Origin: a virus
Taxonomy: Duplodnaviria; Caudoviricetes
Strand: one strand, 5' to 3'
DNA: 29,855 nucleotides
Virus record (IMG/VR): IMGVR_UViG_3300025653_000180
Location: 1 to 29,855 of that record
The position numbers and the translations under genes were made by a program. The notes under the pieces were generated by a model, which was given only the letters and a program-made list of their open reading frames with translations, had not been told where the DNA came from and did not search any database. Shown in pieces: positions 1 to 7,848 of the stretch. Each line of letters starts with the position of its first letter. Positions within the stretch are counted from its first letter, which is position 1.

Positions 1-1271
1 GAAACAACAACACCTGTAACACTAACGAAGCCTCCTGTAATAGTAGGAGCAGTAATTAAAGTATCAAAAGTACCTGACTGCCCTGTAATTGTTTCGCCAC
101 TAATAGTTCCTGTGACGCTAATACCAGAAGCAAAATATCCTGATCCACTTGCAAAAATATCTTGTAAAACGGTAAAATTACCGCTAATAGTCTGATCACC
201 ACTAAAGCTTAAATTTGCAGCAGTTAAAGTGGAAACATTTATTGTTGTTGCATCAATAGTATCACCTGTAATTGATGCTCCAGATAGTGTTGTATATTCA
301 CCTGTAGCACCTGAGATGTAAGTTCCTGTAATATTTGTAGCTGTTAAATCACCTGTAACAGTAAGGTCGTTACCAATAAAACCATTGGTAAATTGTATAG
401 TTGTTCCCGTTAAAGTATTGACGTTAATACCAGTGGCTGAAACATTTGTGAAGTCACCAGTAGTTAGTGTTAAAGCGTTTCCTGTTGCTGTTGTGTATCT
501 AATTACATCACCGGTTATTGTTGCGCCTGAAAGGGTTCCCGTTGAAGTAAAGATGCCTGTTTGAGCAATTACAGTGGTAAAACTAGCAAGTTCTCCTGTA
601 ATTGTTTGACCACTAATAGTACCTGTAGCTGTAATACCACTTACAAGAAAAGTACCACTAACTTCAACGGTTCCAGTGGCAATTAAATCTTTTACATTAG
701 CGTAATCAAATAAACCAGATACAGCATCAAGAGTATCTGTTACAGCAAAAGTAACTGCAGTGCCATCATCAATGCCTACAGAATCTCCTGTAATTGTTGT
801 TCCAGATACATTGTCAAAATAACCACTAACAAAATCAATTGTTGTGCCTGTTGCAATTGTAAAATTGCCTGAAGTAACTTCTAAATAATCACCTAATAAA
901 TTATTAACATCAATTTGATTTCCTGTTATATTTCCTGTTACTGTTAAATCATTGGCAATAAGCAAATCATTTCTAATAATTACATCTTGTTTAAAATCTG
1001 CATTACCACTTACTGTTAAACCAGTGGCTAATGTAGCTTCACCACTGACTCTTAAATAGCCTGATACAATTAAATTGTTTAACTCAAAAGGATCGATTTC
1101 ATTATAGTTAATATAATATGTATCTAAATATTCACGAAAACCACTGAAAGTAATTTTCTTATTGCGTAGAGCAGGGTCAACTTCAAAAACGTGCACCAAA
1201 TTGAGCACGTCTGCATCGACAATATCCCCTGGAAGAATAGCGGGAAAATCTGTTATCTTTCTATTTGGCAC
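1..1271 (-). CDS. Tail fibre / beta-repeat virion structural protein (3' end truncated by window edge; not in ORF track)
   Basis: GTG at 1271 opens a frame (MPNRKITDFPAILPGDIVDADVLNLVHVFEVDPALRNKKITF...) that runs off the window start. It is very rich in T/G/S/V/I with recurring 'ISGxTITG' beta-strand repeats. TATAAT lies upstream at about 1298-1303. Confidence 0.7.
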   Translation of the reverse strand, partial: MPNRKITDFPAILPGDIVDADVLNLVHVFEVDPALRNKKITFSGFREYLDTYYINYNEIDPFELNNLIVSGYLRVSGEATLATGLTVSGNADFKQDVIIRNDLLIANDLTVTGNITGNQIDVNNLLGDYLEVTSGNFTIATGTTIDFVSGYFDNVSGTTITGDSVGIDDGTAVTFAVTDTLDAVSGLFDYANVKDLIATGTVEVSGTFLVSGITATGTISGQTITGELASFTTVIAQTGIFTSTGTLSGATITGDVIRYTTATGNALTLTTGDFTNVSATGINVNTLTGTTIQFTNGFIGNDLTVTGDLTATNITGTYISGATGEYTTLSGASITGDTIDATTINVSTLTAANLSFSGDQTISGNFTVLQDIFASGSGYFASGISVTGTISGETITGQSGTFDTLITAPTITGGFVSVTGVVV

Positions 1272-1310
1272 CCTGCTCTAAGCCAAGTCCTCATTTAATT
1301 ATAGGACTGC

Positions 1311-1748
1311 TTATTTACCTTTGATTTCGATACGCGAAATTAAATCAGTAGCAAAGCTCCAAGTGAATTGAACTCCTGTTACGATTCCGCAAGCCAATAA
1401 AAGCGTTAACAATAACTCTGCAAGTGTCATATTGCGTTTTACATAAACTATTTGCGGCGTTGAATTGCTTGTAACTACTGGCACTTCTTGCTTAAACGGC
1501 ATTTGCATAGGTTGTTCTTGTTCAACAGAACGCTTTGCGGTTACTTGCTGAATTGCATCTTGTAGTGCTTTTTGTCGCATTTCTTCAAAATTAAAACTCC
1601 TTTTTTCAGGCATTTGCATTTGTGCCTGATTAAATTCAGTAGGATTTTGATATCGTTCGCCAGCCGGATCAACGTAATAGTTTCCTTCTTGCTGAGGAAT
1701 ATTGCTAGAAGGTACTTGATCTTCCATGCTTGTCGGGTTATTCTGCAT
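1311..1748 (-). CDS. Hypothetical membrane-anchored protein
   Basis: 145-aa ORF with a Q/P/E-rich N-terminus and one C-terminal hydrophobic helix (LAELLLTLLLACGIVTGVQFTW). Confidence 0.7.
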   Translation of the reverse strand: MQNNPTSMEDQVPSSNIPQQEGNYYVDPAGERYQNPTEFNQAQMQMPEKRSFNFEEMRQKALQDAIQQVTAKRSVEQEQPMQMPFKQEVPVVTSNSTPQIVYVKRNMTLAELLLTLLLACGIVTGVQFTWSFATDLISRIEIKGK

Positions 1749-1774
1749 ACAAACTGTAGCATTTATTTTTATCT

Positions 1775-2215
1775 ATGTCTTCTGACATCAACAAAGAGTT
1801 ATCAGTTATTGCAGGAGAACTAAAAGGAATCAGAAACATCCTTGCTTCGATATGGCATTCTAAATACAGCAATAAAGAAACGGATCAAGTCAGTCCTGAG
1901 ATCTATGCAGATGAATACATCTCAACCGAAGAATGTGCCAAACGCCTTGGCGTAACTGATCAAACAATTCGCAACTGGATTCTACAAGGTAAGAAAAAAA
2001 ATAAACCAGATAATTTTACTGGTTGGGTCCAGGGGGTTCATTATATTGTCATTCCTGCAGGTAAAACTAAACAACTTGTTCGTATCCCCTGGAATCAATT
2101 AATCCTTTCTTTTCATAAAGGTCCGGAAGCAAGTCTTCGTACATTTGATGGTGGAAGTGGAATGTATAAACAACGACGCACAGAATTAGAAAATGTCGGC
2201 ATCCCGAAAGAATAA
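1775..2215 (+). CDS. Helix-turn-helix DNA-binding protein (excisionase/MerR-like HTH)
   Basis: Motif YISTEECAKRLGVTDQTIRNWI is typical of Xis/HTH_17-type domains. First gene of a tightly packed plus-strand operon. Confidence 0.75.
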   Translation: MSSDINKELSVIAGELKGIRNILASIWHSKYSNKETDQVSPEIYADEYISTEECAKRLGVTDQTIRNWILQGKKKNKPDNFTGWVQGVHYIVIPAGKTKQLVRIPWNQLILSFHKGPEASLRTFDGGSGMYKQRRTELENVGIPKE

Positions 2216-2217
2216 TT

Positions 2218-2679
2218 ATGGCTCACCGTTTTGATGGCATCGTGATTAGCGCTTTAACTCTAGATAATTATCAGGAACTTCTCCCAGTGAGCTTAGCTTC
2301 GCAGGTACGTCTTTTTTTACCACCAGAGGGTTCTTTTGATGATGGTTGTTTACAACGCTATATAAAACTACTGCATGATTTTGAAGTCGAAGATCCTAAC
2401 AGTAACATGACTTTGGCGAATCGTTTGCGTCTAGCATTTGTAAACATGGAGCCAGATACAATTTGTAGTCGGTTCCCCAATGCAGATCTTCCTTTAAAAC
2501 GCAGGCTTCGTTGTGTTGCTGAATACTTAATACGCTCAGGGGAGTTTAGAAAAATGCGAAACGAAAATGATAAATTAATAAAGAAACGTGGCGCACTAGG
2601 AAAGATGGTTGTTATTTATGAACCATTGCCTAAAATGCTACAAGCTTTACACAAACAACGTTTAATTGATCATGGATAG
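2218..2679 (+). CDS. Hypothetical protein (possible winged-helix C-terminus)
   Basis: 153-aa ORF starting 2 nt after the previous stop, with a basic C-terminal half. Confidence 0.7.
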   Translation: MAHRFDGIVISALTLDNYQELLPVSLASQVRLFLPPEGSFDDGCLQRYIKLLHDFEVEDPNSNMTLANRLRLAFVNMEPDTICSRFPNADLPLKRRLRCVAEYLIRSGEFRKMRNENDKLIKKRGALGKMVVIYEPLPKMLQALHKQRLIDHG

Positions 2680-3043
2680 ACGCGAGAAATTACTAGCTTC
2701 TGTAATCGGAGAAAACTTTGATTCTGCTAGCGCCAAGTATGCAGATGCAACAATTAAACTGCTTCTTGGTGATATGGGTAAATACTTCAATAAATTCTGG
2801 GAAACAGAAGGCCCTGGAATAATGTGCTTTCAGCCAAACAACAACGATCGTTCAATGTTTTGGTTGACACTAAAAGAACTACACGCTGCTCAGGAATCTT
2901 CTGAAGGAGAGCTTCAAGAAACGTTTAAAACAATTTTAGAATCTGCTCAAAAACTTGATCCTGCAGCAGGCGCTGGTTATATCATCAATGACCACCAAGG
3001 GATGCGTTATTTTGCAATTGATTATAACCAGGTTAGTGATTGA
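2672..3043 (+). CDS. Hypothetical protein
   Basis: ATG at 2672 overlaps the end of the previous gene, and its TGA is coupled to the next ATG (TGATG). Confidence 0.7.
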   Translation: MDRREKLLASVIGENFDSASAKYADATIKLLLGDMGKYFNKFWETEGPGIMCFQPNNNDRSMFWLTLKELHAAQESSEGELQETFKTILESAQKLDPAAGAGYIINDHQGMRYFAIDYNQVSD

Positions 3044-3636
3044 TGGGTATCAAAAGAGGCAACATTAAAACTGAAGATTTTGAGTGGGTTACCAATCGAG
3101 ATTTGATCGATTCCGCTCATATGCTTTTAGGAGAGATCACATTAGATCCTGCTAGTTCTGATTTCGCAAATCAGTACGTACAAGCAAAAAATTACTACAC
3201 ACCTATTAATGACCCGCTTAATGAAGACGAATGGTACGGTAACGTTTATTTATTCCCCCCTCAATTTTCTTATTACTTTAACAAAAAAGAAGATAAATGG
3301 ATTCGCACCAGGGGCTTGTCTCCTACTTTAACTTCAGGCCATGCGTTGTGGTGGAAAACACTGAAGCGAAAATGGCTAGAAGGCAAAGTAGAGCAAGCTA
3401 TTTTTTTCAGTAATTATATTGACATAACGATGTATGTACAAGACATCTTTGATCATCCTGTTTGCATCATGAAATCAAGACCTAAATTGATGCGTCATTA
3501 TCTTGCAACGGATGAAACAATGCATAAAACCACGGGCTGTAGTGTCATAGTTTACTTACAACCACGTGATAATGTGCAAGAAGCTACAGAGAATTTTGTT
3601 GATATCTACAGCGAAAAAGGAAGAATTTTGGTGTAG
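3043..3636 (+). CDS. Phage Dam-family N6-adenine methyltransferase homologue with a non-canonical catalytic motif
   Basis: EWVT...ITLDPASSDFAN...YYT...W.GNVYLFPPQ matches the phage Dam layout (W-x-T-P, LDPAS, W-x-G-x-V-x-x-NPPY), but NPPY is replaced by FPPQ. Confidence 0.65.
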   Translation: MGIKRGNIKTEDFEWVTNRDLIDSAHMLLGEITLDPASSDFANQYVQAKNYYTPINDPLNEDEWYGNVYLFPPQFSYYFNKKEDKWIRTRGLSPTLTSGHALWWKTLKRKWLEGKVEQAIFFSNYIDITMYVQDIFDHPVCIMKSRPKLMRHYLATDETMHKTTGCSVIVYLQPRDNVQEATENFVDIYSEKGRILV

Positions 3637-3659
3637 ATTATCTTCATTGGATAAAGCAC

Positions 3660-4244
3660 ATGTCTGTTCTTAGCGACAAAGAAATCCGTAAATTAGCTGA
3701 GGAAGGGATGATAACTCCTTTCCAGGATTATCTTGTCAATAAAGAAAACGATGTCCCAGTCTTAAGTTATGGGCTTAGCTCGTATGGATATGACATTCGT
3801 TTATCTCCTAACCAATGTCTTTTATTTGGCGGTGTGCAGCATGGTATGTGCGATGCCAAAAACTTTGATCCTGAAATTTTAAAAGAAACTGAATTGCATA
3901 AGGATGAAAGGGGTCAATATTTTATTATTCCGCCTTATGGTTACTGTTTAGGCGTTGCTATTGAACATATTAAGCTCCCACGAGATGTCACTGTAGTTGC
4001 TGTGGGCAAGTCTACATATGCCCGTGCTGGCATTATGGCAAATATTACACCAGCTGAAGCTGGCTGGGAAGGCCATTTGACTTTAGAAATTAGTAACTGC
4101 ACTCCATTGTTTAATAAAATTTACGCTAACGAAGGTATCTGTCAGCTCTTGTTTTATCAAGGAGAGCCTTGTGAAGTTAGTTACTTTGAACGTAAAGGCA
4201 AATATAACAAACAACCTTATGAAGTAGTCCTTTCTAAAGTCTAA
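3660..4244 (+). CDS. dcd: dCTP deaminase
   Basis: Signature motifs SYGLSSYGYDIRL, GKSTYARAG, TPAEAGWEGHLTLEISN, YANEGICQLLF and SYFERKGKY. Confidence 0.95.
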   Translation: MSVLSDKEIRKLAEEGMITPFQDYLVNKENDVPVLSYGLSSYGYDIRLSPNQCLLFGGVQHGMCDAKNFDPEILKETELHKDERGQYFIIPPYGYCLGVAIEHIKLPRDVTVVAVGKSTYARAGIMANITPAEAGWEGHLTLEISNCTPLFNKIYANEGICQLLFYQGEPCEVSYFERKGKYNKQPYEVVLSKV

Positions 4245-4276
4245 AATTTTAGTATGGCTAGACTAAGGGTATAGCT

Positions 4277-4624
4277 TTAGTAATAAAGCCTACTGGTTGA
4301 CGGTTGTGGCTTATCTGCATAATTTGTTGAACCGGCCCTGCCAAATCGATCTCCTTCGATAAAAGCAGGGGTTTGTCCTTCTCTGGTTGTATATGGCTGA
4401 TCGTAGTTTCTTTTCTGGCGAAACTTTCCAGCTGAACGAGCTGATTTCAAGAACTTTTCAACACGACGCTGCTGTCCTACGTTGCGAGTATCCGCAGCAC
4501 GGGCAATTTCTTTTTCATCATCATCTAACCGGCGAATATCTACGTCGTAAGAACGCTCAGGATTTAAATCGGTAATGGAAGAACCCGAGCTACTTCTTCC
4601 TTCACCAATATCTGGAATTAGCAT
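4277..4624 (-). CDS. Hypothetical protein
   Basis: 115-aa charged ORF filling the gap between dcd and a divergent promoter region. Confidence 0.6.
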   Translation of the reverse strand: MLIPDIGEGRSSSGSSITDLNPERSYDVDIRRLDDDEKEIARAADTRNVGQQRRVEKFLKSARSAGKFRQKRNYDQPYTTREGQTPAFIEGDRFGRAGSTNYADKPQPSTSRLYY

Positions 4625-4632
4625 CGAATTGT

Positions 4633-4644
4633 ATCACTTATAAT
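4633..4644 (+). promoter_or_regulatory. Putative -10 promoter element ATCACTTATAAT
   Basis: Perfect TATAAT about 25 nt upstream of ATG 4669. The identical 12-mer occurs on the minus strand at 5731-5742. Confidence 0.55.
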
Positions 4645-4668
4645 GTAGTTTAAATCAGGAAAATATTC

Positions 4669-5031
4669 ATGGATGCTTTTTTAAATGCTTTCATTGAAGG
4701 CAATTATAAATTAAAGCAGCGTTTAACAAATCTAGATACTTTTGGTCAGCCTCTAGATAACGATGCTAATGATGTACCACTTTACGATCAATACAACACT
4801 GGCTTAGCTGTTACCCAACAAGACATGCCACGTGATAACTTAAGTATAGATCCTAGAGCGCAACCACGATGCGGATTAACAGGAATGATTCCCAGCGCAG
4901 AGATGGGAATTATGCACGGGGCACAGCCTCAACCAAGGCAACTACTGGTGGATATGGGGCAACTGTCGCCGGAGGAACAGGAAGTGTCAATGGCGATGCA
5001 AAGGAAACTAAAGCAAGGCGTGAATCGTTGA
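4669..5031 (+). CDS. Hypothetical protein
   Basis: 120-aa ORF with AGGA upstream of the ATG and a -10 box. Confidence 0.65.
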   Translation: MDAFLNAFIEGNYKLKQRLTNLDTFGQPLDNDANDVPLYDQYNTGLAVTQQDMPRDNLSIDPRAQPRCGLTGMIPSAEMGIMHGAQPQPRQLLVDMGQLSPEEQEVSMAMQRKLKQGVNR

Positions 5032-5393
5032 AGGATTTGTTTGAACCAATTGATACAAATGAGTTGACTGAGATCAGCGATTGTCCAGGAGGTGTCTGTC
5101 CTGTCCCCTGGGCAACAGATACTAGTGGTAATGATGAGCCAAAAGAAACATCAATGCGTCCTGTATTAATTAATAACATTAATCATCCTTCACACTACAC
5201 AGAAGAAGGTGGTATTGAATGTATTGAAGCAATTGAAGCACAACTTACTTTTGAGGAATACGAAGGATTTCTTCGTGGCAATTGCGTTAAATATTTATGG
5301 CGTTGGAAAAATAAAGGCGGTGTGGAAGATTTAAAAAAATGTCGTTGGTATCTTGATCGTCTTATTGAAGTAGCAGACGCAGAGAAAAATTAA
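5028..5393 (+). CDS. DUF3310 family protein (T7 gp1.7-like putative nucleotide kinase domain)
   Basis: INHPSHY...IECIEAIEA...GFLRGNCVKYLWRWKNKGGVEDLKKCRWYL is the DUF3310 signature. The start is uncertain: TTG at 5028 coupled to the previous TGA, or ATG at 4869. Confidence 0.85.
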   Translation: MKDLFEPIDTNELTEISDCPGGVCPVPWATDTSGNDEPKETSMRPVLINNINHPSHYTEEGGIECIEAIEAQLTFEEYEGFLRGNCVKYLWRWKNKGGVEDLKKCRWYLDRLIEVADAEKN

Positions 5394-5707
5394 TCTCTTT
5401 GGCGCCAGTCGTCTGTTTTTTCCTGGCTAAACCATTCCACAATGTCATCCGCACTGTCAAAACCGGTGCGGTAATTTTGTGGGTCTGGATCACCAAGATC
5501 CATTGCATTCATAAAACCATCAAGACTGTTTTGTTTCATTTCTGGGTTATGAGCAATGCGTCGTGCGCGCCTTAAAAGCTCACCTGCTGATCGATTAGCT
5601 TTAGCTAACTTCTCAGCCCAGATCATATCTTTTAATTGAACTGGTTCTTTACAAGAAATTTTGTTACAGATAAATTCAAGACGTAATCTATATTCCGTTG
5701 ACAACAT
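5390..5707 (-). CDS. Conserved cyanophage-type hypothetical protein
   Basis: MLSTEYRLRLEFIC...DMIWAEKLAKAN...LGDPDP...DWRQRD resembles a small protein family I recall from cyanophages. Confidence 0.75.
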   Translation of the reverse strand: MLSTEYRLRLEFICNKISCKEPVQLKDMIWAEKLAKANRSAGELLRRARRIAHNPEMKQNSLDGFMNAMDLGDPDPQNYRTGFDSADDIVEWFSQEKTDDWRQRD

Positions 5708-5730
5708 GCACTACTGTTTATTCTGTTTTG

Positions 5731-5742
5731 ATTATAAGTGAT
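5731..5742 (-). promoter_or_regulatory. Putative -10 promoter element ATCACTTATAAT
   Basis: Same 12-mer as 4633-4644, about 24 nt upstream of ATG 5707. Confidence 0.55.
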
Positions 5743-5756
5743 TCGCAACAAAAAAC

Positions 5757-6062
5757 TTAAAAAGGAGCAAAATCATCTCCTTCTTCGTCTTCATAATTTT
5801 CCTCGTTCATCATTGATAAAGCAAGTTGCGCTAACTCAATATCAGAAGGAAGGTCAAATTCTAGCTCGATGTCTTCTGCTTGCAACATATCTTTAACTGC
5901 TTGAATCTGTAGCAAATGCTGGTGATAAAGATTCAAAATGGCATCTTGAAGTTCATCCCATGTCATCTCTTTGACGGCAATCTCTGCCTTACGCATTGCC
6001 AATTGAAGATGCAGTGGCATATCAAATTCCTTAGTGGTAGATTCACCCATACCGTTTGCCAT
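5757..6062 (-). CDS. NblA-like phycobilisome degradation protein with an acidic tail
   Basis: MPLHLQLAMRKAEIAVKEMTWDELQDAILNLYHQHLLQIQAVKDML aligns by eye with the NblA two-helix pattern (LSLEQQF...V..MS.EQ....L..LY.Q.......K.L). Confidence 0.55.
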   Translation of the reverse strand: MANGMGESTTKEFDMPLHLQLAMRKAEIAVKEMTWDELQDAILNLYHQHLLQIQAVKDMLQAEDIELEFDLPSDIELAQLALSMMNEENYEDEEGDDFAPF

Positions 6063-6075
6063 TACTTTATTTATT

Positions 6076-6741
6076 TTAGTCCAAACATTTAAAGATTGAA
6101 TCTAACTCATCTTGGGAAAAATCCGTATAAGGATCGGATTCAAGATCAAAATCATTGGCGAACTCAGACAATGTGTAGGGACTTACTGATTCTTGCAGTG
6201 TACGTATAGCACGTACCTGATGTGGAGCAGCAACATAATTCCTGAAAGCCTTTAAAAGTATGTCATCTGATGTCCAGGAATTTGTATTGTATTCCTGAAG
6301 AAATAATTTAACTTCTTGCCTACGTCTGTCAATTAATCCACCAATGGCTTGATGCGTGGCATCAAAAATCCATTTAGTGATTTCTTGGGATGCCTGGATA
6401 TAATCTTCCTGTTCGCACCAGTCAATAATACTGCTATAAAGAAAAGGTTCCCAGCCTACTGAATGGACAAAAGAAATTAACGCGTTAAGCATAGAGGCAT
6501 CAAGACCTAAGTTTAATTTGTTTAGTTCATTAGCAATAACGTTTACTTCTTGCAGTAAATACTCCATTGCTTTTTGCTTGGTGCAGAGATGTCCTTGCTT
6601 GACCGGAGATCCATCTGGGTAATAAGTAGTACCATAGCCAATAAGATAGGCTTCCTGGCCTGTCGTAGGGTCACAGAAAGCCTTCTCATGGAACCCCTCA
6701 AATTTTTTAATCAGCTGAACAGCTTCTTTGTAGGGGTACAT
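6076..6741 (-). CDS. GH24 lysozyme (endolysin-like) with C-terminal extension
   Basis: LIKKFEGFHEKAFCD (E-x8-D), IGYGTT, ALISFVHSVG and GLIDRRRQEVKLFL are phage lysozyme motifs. Confidence 0.85.
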   Translation of the reverse strand: MYPYKEAVQLIKKFEGFHEKAFCDPTTGQEAYLIGYGTTYYPDGSPVKQGHLCTKQKAMEYLLQEVNVIANELNKLNLGLDASMLNALISFVHSVGWEPFLYSSIIDWCEQEDYIQASQEITKWIFDATHQAIGGLIDRRRQEVKLFLQEYNTNSWTSDDILLKAFRNYVAAPHQVRAIRTLQESVSPYTLSEFANDFDLESDPYTDFSQDELDSIFKCLD

Positions 6742-6768
6742 ATTGGTACATTAATTACCAATATATTA
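6740..6768 (-). promoter_or_regulatory. Leader hairpin over the lysozyme start plus adjacent -10 box
   Basis: Perfect 9-bp inverted repeat ATATTGGTA-CATTAAT-TACCAATAT (6740-6764) includes the first two bases of the ATG. TAATAT lies at 6768-6763. Confidence 0.55.
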
Positions 6769-6801
6769 TCTTATTTCTTCAGTGCAGTGGTTACAGGAAA
6801 T

Positions 6802-7410
6802 TTAATTTTTGAGTATTCTGCATACAGATGTTGTTCCTATATTCAATTTTCTACCTATTTCACTTTTGGAAACCCCTGAGCTAAAAAGATCTTTAACTAA
6901 ATTTTTAGTTTCAGCAGAAATGCAACAGCGTCTATTGCTAGCCTGTTTTTTATTGGGTATCCAAATACAGTTAGAAGGGGAGTAATCTCCGTTAACATCT
7001 TTTCGTTCGATGGTCATGCTAGTTGGTCTTGGTCCCATTACTCTGCAAAACTCTTCAAAGGATTGAAAAGAATTTTTAATTCCTCTGCCGCCATAATTTT
7101 TATAGTCCTTACACTTTGGATTTGTACATCTATAGTTTATAGATACCCATGTTTTATAAAGTGGATGTTTTGAGTATCCGTGTTTAGTTGCTTTTTCTTT
7201 TTGTAAACATCCGCAACTTAATGTCTTACCAGAATTCAAGCTCATTCCATAAGTAGTGAATATGGTTCCACACGAACAAAAAACAACCCAGCGAGTTGTC
7301 TGATGTTTATTACTAGGACTGTAACCTAATACTGTTAATCGCCCATAAATTTTGCCTTTTTTGTCTACGACACAGCCATATAATTTGCTCTTAACCTTTT
7401 CCTTGTCCAC
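6802..7410 (-). CDS. Free-standing HNH-type homing endonuclease with C-terminal HTH
   Basis: YGRLTV...CSCG...SCGC, LYKTWVSINYRC, YGGRGI, MGPRP..TIERKDVNGDYSPSNCIW and a C-terminal HTH (KSEIGRKLNIGTTSVCRIL). Confidence 0.85.
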   Translation of the reverse strand: MDKEKVKSKLYGCVVDKKGKIYGRLTVLGYSPSNKHQTTRWVVFCSCGTIFTTYGMSLNSGKTLSCGCLQKEKATKHGYSKHPLYKTWVSINYRCTNPKCKDYKNYGGRGIKNSFQSFEEFCRVMGPRPTSMTIERKDVNGDYSPSNCIWIPNKKQASNRRCCISAETKNLVKDLFSSGVSKSEIGRKLNIGTTSVCRILKN

Positions 7411-7507
7411 GGAGCCGTTTTCGTCGGGGTTTCATCTTACTATTTTTAGACTGCCCCTGATGAGTTTTCTTGGGTTTGCCAATGACGTAGCCGCCGCCTT
7501 TTTTCAT
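7391..7507 (-). CDS. Small basic protein, 38 aa (below the ORF-track cut-off)
   Basis: ATG 7507 to TAA 7391 reads MKKGGGYVIGKPKKTHQGQSKNSKMKPRRKRLRGQGKG. A TGGTAAAAT extended -10 lies upstream. Confidence 0.7.
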   Translation of the reverse strand: MKKGGGYVIGKPKKTHQGQSKNSKMKPRRKRLRGQGKG

Positions 7508-7531
7508 TGGATTTATTTATCTCTTTGAATT

Positions 7532-7846
7532 TTACCAGATATTTAATCCACTAGCAACAAAGATAAAAGGTAATACGGCCCACGCTTTGCACGACCAGTA
7601 GCCTGCAGTTAGTTTACTCTTTTTTTCATCACATTTGTGTCTAGCTCTAAAGCTTTTGCGTCTGGCAGGATCATTTTTTTTGATTGTCATATTTGCATCA
7701 CCAAAGCGGATAATCGTTTGTTTATTTCCCTCACAGCCTTTTACGACAGATTTTTTGCCGCCTCTAACGTCCCGCCTTGGTTTATTACATGCCATCTTGT
7801 CTTTATGTAATTTCGCTGCTTTAGCAGCTTTCTTATGTTCTGCCAC
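7532..7846 (-). CDS. Small basic phage protein (RFGD...RRKSFRARHKC...GYWSC family)
   Basis: Motif set IRFGDANM, RRKSFRARHKCD, AGYWSCKAW is one I recall from many uncultured phages. Confidence 0.8.
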   Translation of the reverse strand: MAEHKKAAKAAKLHKDKMACNKPRRDVRGGKKSVVKGCEGNKQTIIRFGDANMTIKKNDPARRKSFRARHKCDEKKSKLTAGYWSCKAWAVLPFIFVASGLNIW

Positions 7847-7848
7847 TA

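Noticed and set aside
4869-5027. N-terminal extension of the DUF3310 ORF overlapping the upstream gene
   Set aside because: It is low-complexity alternative-frame sequence. A coupled TTG start at 5028 is more economical, though a longer start cannot be excluded.
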